This document shows positions 31,037 through 43,449 of a stretch of 64,000 nt of DNA, one piece after another. The DNA lies in the sequence record OP870144.1; one strand, written 5' to 3'. Origin of the DNA: Escherichia phage vB_Eco_F25. The position numbers were made by a program, and so were the translations under genes. Within the stretch, counting starts at the first letter, position 1. Every line of letters begins with the position of its first letter. Under the pieces are notes generated by a model, which saw only the letters and a list, made by a program, of their open reading frames with translations, was not told where the DNA came from and made no database searches.

Positions 31037-31402
31037 TTAAATATCAAATTCGTTAAGAACTACATCAAAGATTGCTTCAAGATGCTCAGGTTTAGCTCTG
31101 TTACTCAAAATATGACGAATCCAAGTTTTAACCAGAAGCTTACGATTAACGCCATTCCAGCAAGGATGAGTCCCTAAATCGCGTTGACGGAAATCATCAT
31201 CTAATGCGATTTTAAAAGAAGAACCTTCTTTCGTGATTGAAACCGTGATGCCATTTTCAAATCGCATATAAACGTAGTTAGGAGTCATATACTGTTCAAT
31301 TTCGCATACTGATCCATTTTGATGTTTCCAAAGGCAGATAGTATCAATAGAACCTGCAATACCATTAGAAACATATTTACGTTCAAAGTTGATGTAGTTC
31401 AT
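31037..31402 (-). CDS. 30.7: hypothetical protein (T4 30.7 position)
   Basis: 121-aa ORF. Confidence 0.55.
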   Translation of the reverse strand: MNYINFERKYVSNGIAGSIDTICLWKHQNGSVCEIEQYMTPNYVYMRFENGITVSITKEGSSFKIALDDDFRQRDLGTHPCWNGVNRKLLVKTWIRHILSNRAKPEHLEAIFDVVLNEFDI

Positions 31403-31470
31403 TTTTATTCTCCGAGATGTTTAATTGCGGTACAGGTATATAATATCATATCCTGTACCAAAGTAAACAA

Positions 31471-31803
31471 TTATTTTACTACTTTCCAATGTTGCATGTC
31501 AAGTTTACCAACTTTTTTCATCTTCTCAATTAAGCGTTCGGCACGTTGGCGGGCTGTAACATAATACCATTCACCTAATTCATTTTGTTCAATTTTTCCA
31601 ACGATTACTGTATTCAATTCATAAATCCAGCCAGTAAAGAAATTATGAACTTGGATTGTAAAGGTGAAATCTGTTCCCATACCTTCTGTTGTTTCTACTT
31701 CAATAATATCACCTTCAACTGCCATTAAGAACCACATAGTTTCATCATATTTACCATTGAAGCATTTAGTTTTAACCGCAGCGTTCAGATTAATCGTTTT
31801 CAT
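31471..31803 (-). CDS. 30.8: hypothetical protein (T4 30.8 position)
   Basis: 110-aa ORF downstream of an early promoter-like element. Confidence 0.55.
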   Translation of the reverse strand: MKTINLNAAVKTKCFNGKYDETMWFLMAVEGDIIEVETTEGMGTDFTFTIQVHNFFTGWIYELNTVIVGKIEQNELGEWYYVTARQRAERLIEKMKKVGKLDMQHWKVVK

Positions 31804-31810
31804 TTTATTC

Positions 31811-31860
31811 TCCTTTGTTTGTGTAAGATAATACTATCACAAAGGAACTATACTGTAAAC
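31811..31860 (-). promoter_or_regulatory. early promoter-like element with stem-loop, upstream of 30.8
   Basis: Minus strand GTTTACA-17-TAGTAT; 8-bp inverted repeat TCCTTTGT/ACAAAGGA spanning the -10. Confidence 0.5.
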
Positions 31861-31913
31861 AACTTTGTGCAATCTTTGGAAAATAAAAAAGGACTCCCGA
31901 AGGAGTCCTCAAC

Positions 31914-32090
31914 TTATGCTTTCTGCTTACCAAAACGAGAAGCATCATCTCGAAGAACCGCACGTGCTCGGCGCATGATCTTCTCAACAGTTTGATTGAT
32001 ACGAGAGTTCGACCCACGCTTGTAACCAGCGCGTTTAGAATCACCAACTTTCTTTTCAACTGCTTTCTTTGCTTTAGCTTGTTTTGCCAT
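31914..32090 (-). CDS. 30.9: hypothetical small basic protein (T4 30.9 position)
   Basis: 58 aa from ATG 32088-32090 (MAKQAKAKK...); lysine/arginine rich. Confidence 0.55.
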   Translation of the reverse strand: MAKQAKAKKAVEKKVGDSKRAGYKRGSNSRINQTVEKIMRRARAVLRDDASRFGKQKA

Positions 32091-32489
32091 TATAAATTCT
32101 CTTTTAAATGAAAATGCAGGACTTATTGGCATTGCCTGCGCAAGCCCTCAAGGGGAACATAGGTTTTTGAATATTTAACGACCAGGATAACCATAAACCT
32201 CGTCATCATACCTTATAGCTCTTATCTGTTGCACACCGTTAGCTTAAAGGTTCCGGGTTCGATTTCTCGAGGATAAGATATATACTGATGGATATATAGG
32301 CCTTGAGGCGTACTCCCGATTGGCCATCACCTCGGGGTAGCATGCACTTGCCGCTATAAGAATAACATTCAAGAGGTACACCGTAAAACTGCCGGGGTCT
32401 TAAAACTATAATGATTCGCAAATCATTAATCAGACAGTTCGACGGCTCCTCGATTTTAGCTCACACTAAGGCAGTGAATCTCCAATAAA

Positions 32490-32738
32490 TTACTTCAGTG
32501 TTACCACAAAGTGACGAACTGCTTTTCGTGCAGCAGAAGCCAGAGGCTTAGCATATTTAAGTTCATCTTTTTCCTGAAGCTCAGCAGCTAATGCAGTTTG
32601 AGCAGGATTCAGATGTTTGAAATAACGCAGGATTTCAAGAGCTTCGGCTTCAACATCAATAGATGCGCCATAGTTTTCGTGACCATTATTCCATGCGTTT
32701 CGTTGCAGTTCAAGAGCGTGTTGTAATTGTTTAATCAT
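32490..32738 (-). CDS. rIII: rIII lysis inhibition accessory protein
   Basis: 82-aa ORF, T4 RIII length and recognisable sequence; adjacent to gene 31. Confidence 0.85.
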   Translation of the reverse strand: MIKQLQHALELQRNAWNNGHENYGASIDVEAEALEILRYFKHLNPAQTALAAELQEKDELKYAKPLASAARKAVRHFVVTLK

Positions 32739-32864
32739 TTAAAAATTCTCGTTAGAGATTAAAACTCGGTAGTCACGTTCTTCTGAATTTCATCTTCTTT
32801 CGACAGATCTCTCAGTTGTAGACTACCACATAGAATTGAAACTCAATTCATATTATTATTTATA

Positions 32865-33200
32865 TCACTTATAAAGACACGGAATAGCTTTATAGTGACA
32901 GGTAACGAATTTTTGTTTAATTTCTTTTGGCTGCTTAAGACCCAGAGCTACAAAAGGATGCGGAACGTTTCGAATTTGACCAACTGGCAGAGAAGTCAAA
33001 TCACCAACTTCGCAGAAACCTTCAGGAACATCAGGACCAACAGAGTGAATTACACACAGTTCAGGAACTTCACCTTGAACACGTTTACCAATAATAAGTC
33101 CTGATTCTGTGACTTCTTCATCACCGGCTTGCGCAGGTTCAGAAACTAAAATAACATATTCACCGACAGCACGAATTGGTAGCTGTTGTACTTCAGACAT
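32865..33200 (-). CDS. 31: co-chaperonin gp31 (GroES-like, for capsid folding)
   Basis: 111-aa ORF, T4 gp31 length and sequence. Confidence 0.9.
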   Translation of the reverse strand: MSEVQQLPIRAVGEYVILVSEPAQAGDEEVTESGLIIGKRVQGEVPELCVIHSVGPDVPEGFCEVGDLTSLPVGQIRNVPHPFVALGLKQPKEIKQKFVTCHYKAIPCLYK

Positions 33201-33256
33201 CGTTTTTCCTTTTTGTTAACAGATGAATTAATAATAACAAATAATTCTTAAAGCAT

Positions 33257-33565
33257 TTATTTACCAATAAATTGGAGTAAATGCTCAACTTTCATACCAT
33301 TAACAGAAATCAATTTGTCAATAGAAAAACCTCGCCATGCACCGAGTTCAACATCAAATATCGGAATCATATCAGTAGATTCTTTCCGAGTAGATTCAGT
33401 CAATTTACCGGTTTGCATAGTTGGCATAAAGTCAGCATCACGAGTGCCTTTCATAGTACGAATAGTACCATCAGACTTTTCAAAAACCACGTTTGAAATA
33501 CCCATGGACAATTTAGTTTTCAAAATTTCACGAATTGCTACTTTCTGTTCAGTTGTCAATTTCAT
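33257..33565 (-). CDS. 31.1: hypothetical protein (T4 31.1 position)
   Basis: 102-aa ORF. Confidence 0.55.
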   Translation of the reverse strand: MKLTTEQKVAIREILKTKLSMGISNVVFEKSDGTIRTMKGTRDADFMPTMQTGKLTESTRKESTDMIPIFDVELGAWRGFSIDKLISVNGMKVEHLLQFIGK

Positions 33566-33802
33566 TTATTTACCTATTACAGTTTTAATATGGGTTGTTC
33601 CACGTTCTTTAAGAGTGGAAAGCAATTTTTGGCATTTTTCTAAATCAGATTTCCAACTATACGGCCTATCAATACAAACCCATTCTGACTTATAATACTG
33701 TTTCCATTTAGAGAAAAAATATTTCTTATACTCTACAGCAAATGAAATGTTCTCATTAGAATAAGAACTAATTGCTGTGAGTTGTACCAAACGAAATTTC
33801 AT
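33566..33802 (-). CDS. 31.2: hypothetical protein (T4 31.2 position)
   Basis: 78-aa ORF. Confidence 0.5.
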   Translation of the reverse strand: MKFRLVQLTAISSYSNENISFAVEYKKYFFSKWKQYYKSEWVCIDRPYSWKSDLEKCQKLLSTLKERGTTHIKTVIGK

Positions 33803-34383
33803 TATTCACCACAGAATTCGTTGATATTTTCCCAGTTTAACTTATTCAAGTTTTTCTTAGGAACATTGAACACTTCAATACCTGCATTTCGCAGAATATC
33901 ATCCCAGCCAGGTTTATTTTTATCGTATGTTTCGCAATAAACCAGCTTTTTAATACCAGATTGAGCTATCGCTTTTGCACAATCTGGGCAAGGAGAAAGT
34001 GTTACATACATAGTAGCACCTTCAATTGAAGAACCGTTTCGTGCAGCAAACAAAATCGCATTTAGTTCAGCATGAATTTCATTTTTAGACGACCATTCAG
34101 AGTGAGCACTGCGGTGTTCTTTCGCCAAGACAAAACGATCAGTTGAACCAAACGATACGCATTCGGGCTTATGACCTTGAATGATAGTATGTTTAGGTTT
34201 ATTCAGCAACCAACCTTGCTCAGCAGCATAATCACAACAGTTCACACCCCCGGCAGGTGAACCATTATATCCGGTAGAAATAATACGTCCATTCTTTTCA
34301 ATTACTGCTCCTACCTTCCAGGAGCAACATTTTGATTCTTGTGATACTAAATATGCAATTTGAAGTACTGTACTCGCTTTCAT
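33802..34383 (-). CDS. cd: dCMP deaminase
   Basis: 193-aa ORF with zinc-binding deaminase motifs HAE...PCxxC; T4 Cd length. Confidence 0.92.
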   Translation of the reverse strand: MKASTVLQIAYLVSQESKCCSWKVGAVIEKNGRIISTGYNGSPAGGVNCCDYAAEQGWLLNKPKHTIIQGHKPECVSFGSTDRFVLAKEHRSAHSEWSSKNEIHAELNAILFAARNGSSIEGATMYVTLSPCPDCAKAIAQSGIKKLVYCETYDKNKPGWDDILRNAGIEVFNVPKKNLNKLNWENINEFCGE

Positions 34384-34718
34384 TTCATAATCACCAGATA
34401 AGCAGATTTAGCAGTTTCAACACGATAAATTTCGTGACGAAGTTTAGTTATACTTTTAATAACAGAACTAATTATATTCTGCCCGTCTTTAAAGCGGTTT
34501 TTCTTATCAATAAAAATTGCACCAGCCATCTTTTTGTGAAGCTCAACTGGATACTTCGTCACAATAATAGCGTCATATACAGAAGGATGAATACTATTCA
34601 CTAGAGTATCATTCATTAAAGTTATTCTAATGAACTGTGCTGTTTCAGAATCAAGCGCTCTATGATCGCCAGTATCATTTTCAAGACAATTATCAATTAT
34701 ATCAGTTAAATTCATCAT
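34380..34718 (-). CDS. cd.1: hypothetical protein (cd.1 position)
   Basis: 112-aa ORF. Confidence 0.55.
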   Translation of the reverse strand: MMNLTDIIDNCLENDTGDHRALDSETAQFIRITLMNDTLVNSIHPSVYDAIIVTKYPVELHKKMAGAIFIDKKNRFKDGQNIISSVIKSITKLRHEIYRVETAKSAYLVIMK

Positions 34719-34951
34719 AGTACGCCATACACCCTTTGTGCTTCAACTAATCCATCAAAATCCAGTTTAAGATGCGATATTTGATCGCCATCACCTGGAT
34801 TCACAATTACTAATACTGAACGAGGAGTTTCGGTAATAACACGAACCGATGTTTCGGGAAATCGTTCAGAAACCTTATTTACCAATTCCTGAGCAAATAG
34901 TTTAACTTTTTCTTGGAATTCTTTAACAGTAATTGGTTTTTCACTTAGCAT
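34715..34951 (-). CDS. cd.2: hypothetical protein (cd.2 position)
   Basis: 78-aa ORF with GAGGAAA SD and upstream early promoter-like element. Confidence 0.55.
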   Translation of the reverse strand: MLSEKPITVKEFQEKVKLFAQELVNKVSERFPETSVRVITETPRSVLVIVNPGDGDQISHLKLDFDGLVEAQRVYGVL

Positions 34952-34972
34952 TTCAATTTCCTCATTTATTTT

Positions 34973-35011
34973 GGTAGAGCTATAATATCACAACTCTACC
35001 GTAAAGTAAAC
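34973..35011 (-). promoter_or_regulatory. early promoter-like element with stem-loop, upstream of cd.2
   Basis: Minus strand GTTTAC-18-TATTAT; 7-bp inverted repeat GGTAGAG/CTCTACC. Confidence 0.5.
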
Positions 35012-35013
35012 TA

Positions 35014-35289
35014 TTAAATTGCTTTGAATTCTGATGTCTGTGATTCAAAGCGAATATCGCCTTTGATGACTAGCTCAGCATCAAGACCGAATACGACAAT
35101 AATATGAGCAGAACCTGGATACAGCGTAATAGCAACAGAATCCACCTGGTCTGGAAGCAAAGTGTTCAATACATGAGTCACTTGAGCGTGGATTCGAAGC
35201 TCAGCTGCATTATCAAGTTTTTCAAACATATTATTAGCTATAATTTGGCTAAACACTACTTCTACGATTTTAGAGTAAGTCGGAAACAT
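35014..35289 (-). CDS. cd.3: hypothetical protein (cd.3 position)
   Basis: 91-aa ORF. Confidence 0.55.
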   Translation of the reverse strand: MFPTYSKIVEVVFSQIIANNMFEKLDNAAELRIHAQVTHVLNTLLPDQVDSVAITLYPGSAHIIVVFGLDAELVIKGDIRFESQTSEFKAI

Positions 35290-35291
35290 AT

Positions 35292-35492
35292 TTACCTCGC
35301 ATAATTTTCTTCAAGCCAATTAATAACATCCAACGCATTATCAAAAGTTGAACCATCTATTATTTCTTCTGTTTCATAATCAAGAATATCTAAGTCTACT
35401 CTTCCATCAACAATAGGCCATAAACAAAATAGATATTTCTTTTCTTTTTCAATTTTATCACAAAGTCGATAAATCTTTTCTATGTTATTCAT
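35292..35492 (-). CDS. cd.4: hypothetical protein (cd.4 position)
   Basis: 66-aa ORF. Confidence 0.55.
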   Translation of the reverse strand: MNNIEKIYRLCDKIEKEKKYLFCLWPIVDGRVDLDILDYETEEIIDGSTFDNALDVINWLEENYAR

Positions 35493-35681
35493 AAGTTTTC
35501 CATGGTAAAGGCAGTTTAGTTTTCTTTACTGTTAGTTCAACATCAGGATTCTTTTCTCTTAATTTAAGGCATTCCTCCCAAGCTCTTATTTCACTAGTGA
35601 ATACACAAAATTGCCCATTACTAGTACCAACTAAACCACTATTTACAATAACAATAGACCAAGTTTCATGATGCCACGCCA

Positions 35682-35682
<1 letters not shown>
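35485..35682 (-). CDS. cd.5: hypothetical protein (cd.5 position)
   Basis: 65 aa from ATG 35680-35682 overlapping pseT stop (TAATG); longer 75-aa version from 35712 also possible. Confidence 0.5.
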
Positions 35683-36907
<1,225 letters not shown>

Positions 36908-36910
36908 TTA

Positions 36911-37141
36911 TTATTTCTCAACCAATGATTGAATATAATCATGCAGGTCTTTAGATGCTTTACCCCACTTATTTTGGTATTCATTTTTAAGATTAGCCCG
37001 AGATTGAGCTAATAAAACATCATTAGTTGGAGGTAAAGATTCTAACCGTTGAATCTGGCGTCCATAAATCATTGCAGCCATCTCGGATTCATAAATCAAT
37101 CCTTTGAGATGTTCAAATTGATGCCATGAAATCATTTGCAT
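36911..37141 (-). CDS. hypothetical protein (pseT.1 region)
   Basis: 76-aa ORF between o-spanin and 106-aa ORF. Confidence 0.5.
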   Translation of the reverse strand: MQMISWHQFEHLKGLIYESEMAAMIYGRQIQRLESLPPTNDVLLAQSRANLKNEYQNKWGKASKDLHDYIQSLVEK

Positions 37142-37431
37142 TTATCCTCTTTTAGCTCTTGACGATAATAACATATCATAGTTTTTTGGTCATGTACATA
37201 TCGTTTTACATCATTAAGCCAAATACGAAATTCCTGGGAATCTTCAAATGGCATACCGACCCAAGCTTTACCATCAATAACTTTAACTTGCCAAGATAGT
37301 TTAGCTTCATCATATGACTTTATTTGTACAGGCCAATTAGGATGAACTGTTTCTTTCTTTACTTCTAGAGGCTTTGTCGAACAACCAACTAGAAGACCAA
37401 TAGATAATATTACTGCTGATAGTTTAATCAT
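37132..37431 (-). CDS. pseT.2: outer-membrane spanin lipoprotein (o-spanin; T4 PseT.2-like)
   Basis: 99-aa ORF with signal peptide and lipobox LLVGC; start overlaps i-spanin stop. Confidence 0.75.
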   Translation of the reverse strand: MIKLSAVILSIGLLVGCSTKPLEVKKETVHPNWPVQIKSYDEAKLSWQVKVIDGKAWVGMPFEDSQEFRIWLNDVKRYVHDQKTMICYYRQELKEDKCK

Positions 37432-37781
37432 TTAGAAAGGTCCTGGATGTCTTCTGCGAACTTGTTGAAGGAGTTGTTGATTTGTTTTTCAACCAATCCT
37501 GGCTTATGGGCCACCACATCCGCCTTCTTTGCGTCTTTGCGCAGTTTTTCATTTTCACGCTCAATAGCAGCAATTGCCTCACGATTTTTATTATTCATCG
37601 CATCAATATAATTATACTGAATTCGCAAATTGTTTAATGCTAAGGCGTTTTCATTGGCCGTTTTTGTAATTTCTACAACAGACGTTTCTAATCTTTCAAT
37701 TTTATTTTTTAAAATTAAAGAAGTTCCGCCTAATGCAATTACAATTAATAGCAAACCTGCTGTCGTATTACTTAATTGCAT
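37428..37781 (-). CDS. pseT.3: inner-membrane spanin (i-spanin; T4 PseT.3-like)
   Basis: 117-aa ORF with N-terminal TMD (AGLLLIVIALGGTSLIL) and coiled-coil-like remainder. Confidence 0.75.
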   Translation of the reverse strand: MQLSNTTAGLLLIVIALGGTSLILKNKIERLETSVVEITKTANENALALNNLRIQYNYIDAMNNKNREAIAAIERENEKLRKDAKKADVVAHKPGLVEKQINNSFNKFAEDIQDLSK

Positions 37782-38278
37782 AAAGTTTTAATAACCTCTA
37801 TAATATCGTCTTGAGAAAGACCGTTAATTAAAATATGATGTTCCGCCGGAGATTTAGAAATTTTAAAGCATGCCGCAACATCTTCTGCCATATCCGATGC
37901 ACTACGATTTGGATTACTAATTCCAAGACGATGCTTTCCAGTCAAAGGATTAACGATGATATAGCATTTACAACTATTGATATGAACATTAGGTTGAGTC
38001 TGATTAATGAACACTTCACAATCATACTTAGCGAGTTGATTTTCTAAAAAGACTTTCATCTCCTCAACCGCATCAGGAAGCATATCACGGGCTTGCTCAA
38101 GACGACGATTTCGATATTCTTTAGTGGTCGTTTTCCGCTTGACTTGCTTCGCTAAATCTTTCTTAAGATCGGTGATATATCCAACTCGACGATTTCCTTT
38201 GAATACAGAAATCCCATCTGTAGTATCACCGTATGCTTCAACGACCATTTCAGTAGTAATAAGCTGCAAATCCATCAT
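37772..38278 (-). CDS. alc: Alc, inhibitor of host transcription elongation on cytosine DNA
   Basis: 168-aa ORF (MM start) at T4 alc position between spanins and rnlA; downstream of early promoter cassette. Confidence 0.8.
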   Translation of the reverse strand: MMDLQLITTEMVVEAYGDTTDGISVFKGNRRVGYITDLKKDLAKQVKRKTTTKEYRNRRLEQARDMLPDAVEEMKVFLENQLAKYDCEVFINQTQPNVHINSCKCYIIVNPLTGKHRLGISNPNRSASDMAEDVAACFKISKSPAEHHILINGLSQDDIIEVIKTLCN

Positions 38279-38283
38279 AAAGT

Positions 38284-38336
38284 CCTCATGTTATGTCAGT
38301 AAGACTACTATAACACAACATGAGGGACTTGTAAAC
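38284..38336 (-). promoter_or_regulatory. early promoter/stem-loop cassette (PeSL-like), copy 2, upstream of alc
   Basis: Same 53-bp sequence as 24552-24604 with 2 substitutions; perfect 9-bp inverted repeat CCTCATGTT/AACATGAGG. Confidence 0.7.
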
Positions 38337-38339
38337 AGC

Positions 38340-39927
<1,588 letters not shown>

Positions 39928-39934
39928 AATAAAA

Positions 39935-39950
39935 TGGGCCTTGCGGCCCA
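39935..39950 (-). other. GC hairpin between nrdB and denA
   Basis: TGGGCC-TTGC-GGCCCA followed on minus strand by TTTTATT. Confidence 0.5.
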
Positions 39951-39954
39951 CTCC

Positions 39955-41133
39955 TTAAAAGTATTTTTTAAAACTCATCATAACTTTATCATCAACATCA
40001 TTATCAATCTGTGCAACAAGATAAGATGACAGTTCTACTTCTTGCGGCGCTGATTGAACATTATCAGAATTAAGGTATTCACGAATCCAAGGATATGGAT
40101 GTTTAACCGGAGCATCGGTAATCGGGCATGGAAGACCGCACTGTTTCATACGAGATACAGTTAAGTAATCAATAAAGCTCCACATGCTATTTGTATTTAA
40201 TCCAGGAACATCGCCATCTTTAAATAAATGAACTGCCCAATCTTTTTCTTGGCGGTTAACTTCCATGAAAATATCAACTGCTTCTTGTTCACACTCTTTG
40301 GCAATTTTAACCCATTCATCACCATCAGTGCCAAGTTGAAGTTGACGAATAATATATTGTGTACCTTTAAGATGAAGCTGCTCATCACGTGCAATAAATT
40401 TCATAATCTTCGCATTACCTTCCATGATTTCCATGTTCTTATGGAAGTTGAAAGTACATGCAAAGGATACATAAAAACGAATAGCTTCCAGAGCATTGAT
40501 AACATGAAGACACAGATAGAGAGACTTCATTAGGTCATGTTTACATTCTTCCATGTGCATAAGACTATTTGAATATGCATCTAAATCATATTCATTTTCG
40601 GAAAAACGTTTAAAAATTTCTTTGGCATTTTCCCATTCACGAGTCTTGACTAGAACATCGTCATAATAGCGGCCAATAGACTCAGCACGTTTCATAATAG
40701 CTTCATCTAATACAATTTCATCAAATACCTTCGATGGATCAGTATAAAGATTTCGCATGATATGAGTATACGAACGAGAGTGAATAGTTTCACTGAATGT
40801 CCATGTAGCAACCCATGTATCAAGACTTGGGTCTGAAATTAACGACATAAGTACAGCAGATGGTGCACGACCCTGAATGCTATCTAGAAGTGATTGATAC
40901 TTCAGGTTATTAGTAAAAATATCTTGCTGATATTGAGGAAGCTTGTTAAATTGCGCAGCATCCATCATTAAGTTTACTTCTTCAGGACGCCAGAAAAATG
41001 ACAACTGCTTTTCGGTTAAATCTTCAAAAACTTTATGACGTTGAATATCATAACGCGCAATACCAAGACCTGAACCAAAAAACATAGGTTCTTTTAAAAC
41101 ATCAACTGGATTTGTATTAAAAACTGTGCTCAT
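39955..41133 (-). CDS. nrdB: aerobic ribonucleotide reductase small subunit NrdB (uninterrupted, no intron)
   Basis: Contiguous 392-aa ORF with ferritin-like R2 features; no intervening sequence. Confidence 0.93.
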   Translation of the reverse strand: MSTVFNTNPVDVLKEPMFFGSGLGIARYDIQRHKVFEDLTEKQLSFFWRPEEVNLMMDAAQFNKLPQYQQDIFTNNLKYQSLLDSIQGRAPSAVLMSLISDPSLDTWVATWTFSETIHSRSYTHIMRNLYTDPSKVFDEIVLDEAIMKRAESIGRYYDDVLVKTREWENAKEIFKRFSENEYDLDAYSNSLMHMEECKHDLMKSLYLCLHVINALEAIRFYVSFACTFNFHKNMEIMEGNAKIMKFIARDEQLHLKGTQYIIRQLQLGTDGDEWVKIAKECEQEAVDIFMEVNRQEKDWAVHLFKDGDVPGLNTNSMWSFIDYLTVSRMKQCGLPCPITDAPVKHPYPWIREYLNSDNVQSAPQEVELSSYLVAQIDNDVDDKVMMSFKKYF

Positions 41134-41184
41134 AAATTTTCCACTTAGTTAATAGATAGTGACTCGTCCATGAGTCAAATTATA

Positions 41185-43449
41185 TCATAATTTACAGGAT
41201 GAACAATCTTCAGCTTTTGGAGTTTCTATTTCATAATCATCAGTACCAGAACCATCACGGGTATTATGATAATAGAAATTTTTTCCGCCAAAATACCAAA
41301 AATACAAAAGGTCATCAATCATTATTGACATTGGAACCTTTCCTTTTGGAAAAATCTGTGGGTCATAATATGTATTCGCCGAAGCTGATTGACAAACCCA
41401 TTTCAGCATAATAGCTACCTGCGTAAGATAAGGTTTATTACCTTTCTTAGCTAATTTCCATGTATAATCATAGAGGTCTATGTTATGCTCAATATTGGGC
41501 ACGACTTGATTAAAGGAGCCCTCTTTTGATTCTTTAACAGAGACTGGTCCACGTGGAGGCTCGATACCGTTTGTACTGTTAGAAACTTGGGAAGATGACT
41601 CACATGGCATAAGTGCTGATAATGTGCTATTACGGATGCCAAAGAGCTTAAGGTCTTCCCGCAGCGACGACCAGTCACAAACGTATTTTGGAGCTGCGAT
41701 TTGGTCAATCTTTTTATTGTACCAGTCGATAGGTAATTCGCCTCGAGACCAACGAGTGTCTGAATAATATTCACAAGGTCCTTTTTCTTTGGCGAGTTTA
41801 ATGGATGCTTTAATGAGTCCATACTGTAATCTCTCAAATAATTCATGTGTTAAATCGTTAGCATCTTCATAAGAAGCAAAGTTACTTGCCAGCCAAGCTG
41901 CATAGTTAGTAACACCTACACCGAGGTTACGACGCTTTTTAGCTTTTTCTGCTTCAGGAACTGGATATCCTTGGTAATCCAAAAGATTATCGAGAGCACG
42001 AACTTGGACTTCTGCCAATTCATTAATTTTATCTTGGTCTTGCCAGTCAAAATTATCCAGTACGAATGCAGAGAGAGTACACAATCCAATTTCAGCATCT
42101 GGACTATTCACATCATTTGTTGGAATAGCAATTTCACAACACAAGTTACTCTGACGAATAGGTGCCTTTTCACGAATAAACGGAGTATAGTTATTCGTAT
42201 TATCAATGAACTGCACATAAATCCTTGCTGTTCCTGAGCGTTCAGTCATGAGCAATTCAAATAGTTCACGGGCTTTAATACGCTTTTTACGAATATTAGG
42301 GTCTTTTTCTGCTGCTTCGTATAATTCACGGAAACGGTCTTGGTCTTTAAAATAAGAATAATAAAGCTCGCCACCCATTTCATGCGGACTGAACAAAGTA
42401 ATGTAATCGTTCTTTCCGAATCGTTCCATCATCAAATCATTCAGTTGAACACCATAATCCATATGACGAATGCGGTTTTCTTCTACGCCTTTGTTATTTT
42501 TCAAAACAAGAAGATTTTCAACTTCCAAATGCCAAATAGGATAATAAGCAGTAGCAGCGCCGCCACGAATTCCACCCTGTGAGCATGATTTAACAGCAGT
42601 CTGAAAATGTTTCCAAAAAGGAATAACACCGGTATGGCGTACTTCACCCATGCCAATCTTAGAACCTTCGGCACGAATCATACCAACATTAATACCAATT
42701 CCAGCGCGTTTGGAGATATATTCAACAATTGAAGCGGAAGCCTTATTGATAGACTTTAATGAATCACCTGCCTCAATAACAACGCATGAACTAAACTGTC
42801 GAGTCGGAGTACGACAGCCAGCCATAATAGGAGTTGGCAATGAAATCTGTCGAGTAGATACTGCTTCATAAAAACGAATAACATGTTTTAATCTATCAAC
42901 AGGTTCATCTTGATGCAATGCCATTCCAATAGTCATAAATGCAAACTGTGGAGTTTCATAAATTTGACCAGTGGTTTTATCTTTAACTAGATATTTTTCT
43001 TTTAATTGCATCGCCCCGGAATAAGTAAATTCCATATCCCGCTCGTGCTTAATTTTTGATTCTAAAAATGTAATTTCTTCTGCTGAATATTTTGACAATA
43101 ATTCAGGGTCATATTTACCTTCATTTACACAGTAAGAAATATGGTCAATAAATGAACGTGGTTCATATTGTCCGTAAACATGCTTACGAAGAGCAAACAT
43201 TAAACAGCGCGCAGCTACATATTGATAATCAGGCTCTTCAACCGAAATAGAATTCGCAGCAGCCTTAATTACAATGGTTTGAATGTCATCAGTGGTCATT
43301 CCATCACGGAGATATGATTTAATATTTTCATATAATTCATAAGGATCTACAGATGTTCCTTCAGCTGCCCAAGATAAAACTTTAATAATTTTTTGTGGAT
43401 CAAAGCTCTGAGAAACACCACTACTTTTGATAACATTAATTAATTGCAT
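41185..43449 (-). CDS. nrdA: aerobic ribonucleotide reductase large subunit NrdA
   Basis: 754-aa ORF; ATP-cone N-terminus, class I RNR motifs; T4 NrdA length. Confidence 0.95.
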   Translation of the reverse strand: MQLINVIKSSGVSQSFDPQKIIKVLSWAAEGTSVDPYELYENIKSYLRDGMTTDDIQTIVIKAAANSISVEEPDYQYVAARCLMFALRKHVYGQYEPRSFIDHISYCVNEGKYDPELLSKYSAEEITFLESKIKHERDMEFTYSGAMQLKEKYLVKDKTTGQIYETPQFAFMTIGMALHQDEPVDRLKHVIRFYEAVSTRQISLPTPIMAGCRTPTRQFSSCVVIEAGDSLKSINKASASIVEYISKRAGIGINVGMIRAEGSKIGMGEVRHTGVIPFWKHFQTAVKSCSQGGIRGGAATAYYPIWHLEVENLLVLKNNKGVEENRIRHMDYGVQLNDLMMERFGKNDYITLFSPHEMGGELYYSYFKDQDRFRELYEAAEKDPNIRKKRIKARELFELLMTERSGTARIYVQFIDNTNNYTPFIREKAPIRQSNLCCEIAIPTNDVNSPDAEIGLCTLSAFVLDNFDWQDQDKINELAEVQVRALDNLLDYQGYPVPEAEKAKKRRNLGVGVTNYAAWLASNFASYEDANDLTHELFERLQYGLIKASIKLAKEKGPCEYYSDTRWSRGELPIDWYNKKIDQIAAPKYVCDWSSLREDLKLFGIRNSTLSALMPCESSSQVSNSTNGIEPPRGPVSVKESKEGSFNQVVPNIEHNIDLYDYTWKLAKKGNKPYLTQVAIMLKWVCQSASANTYYDPQIFPKGKVPMSIMIDDLLYFWYFGGKNFYYHNTRDGSGTDDYEIETPKAEDCSSCKL

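Noticed and set aside
32205-32280. Possible tRNA suggested by T-loop-like GGTTCGATT and a 7-bp inverted repeat (TCTTATC/GATAAGA)
   Set aside because: The inverted repeat spans only about 61 nt, the T-stem does not pair, and no acceptor stem or anticodon arm can be built in cloverleaf register.
32239-32421. 60-aa minus-strand ORF in the rIII/30.9 spacer
   Set aside because: Starts with TTG, has no Shine-Dalgarno, and gives a low-complexity product; more likely non-coding.
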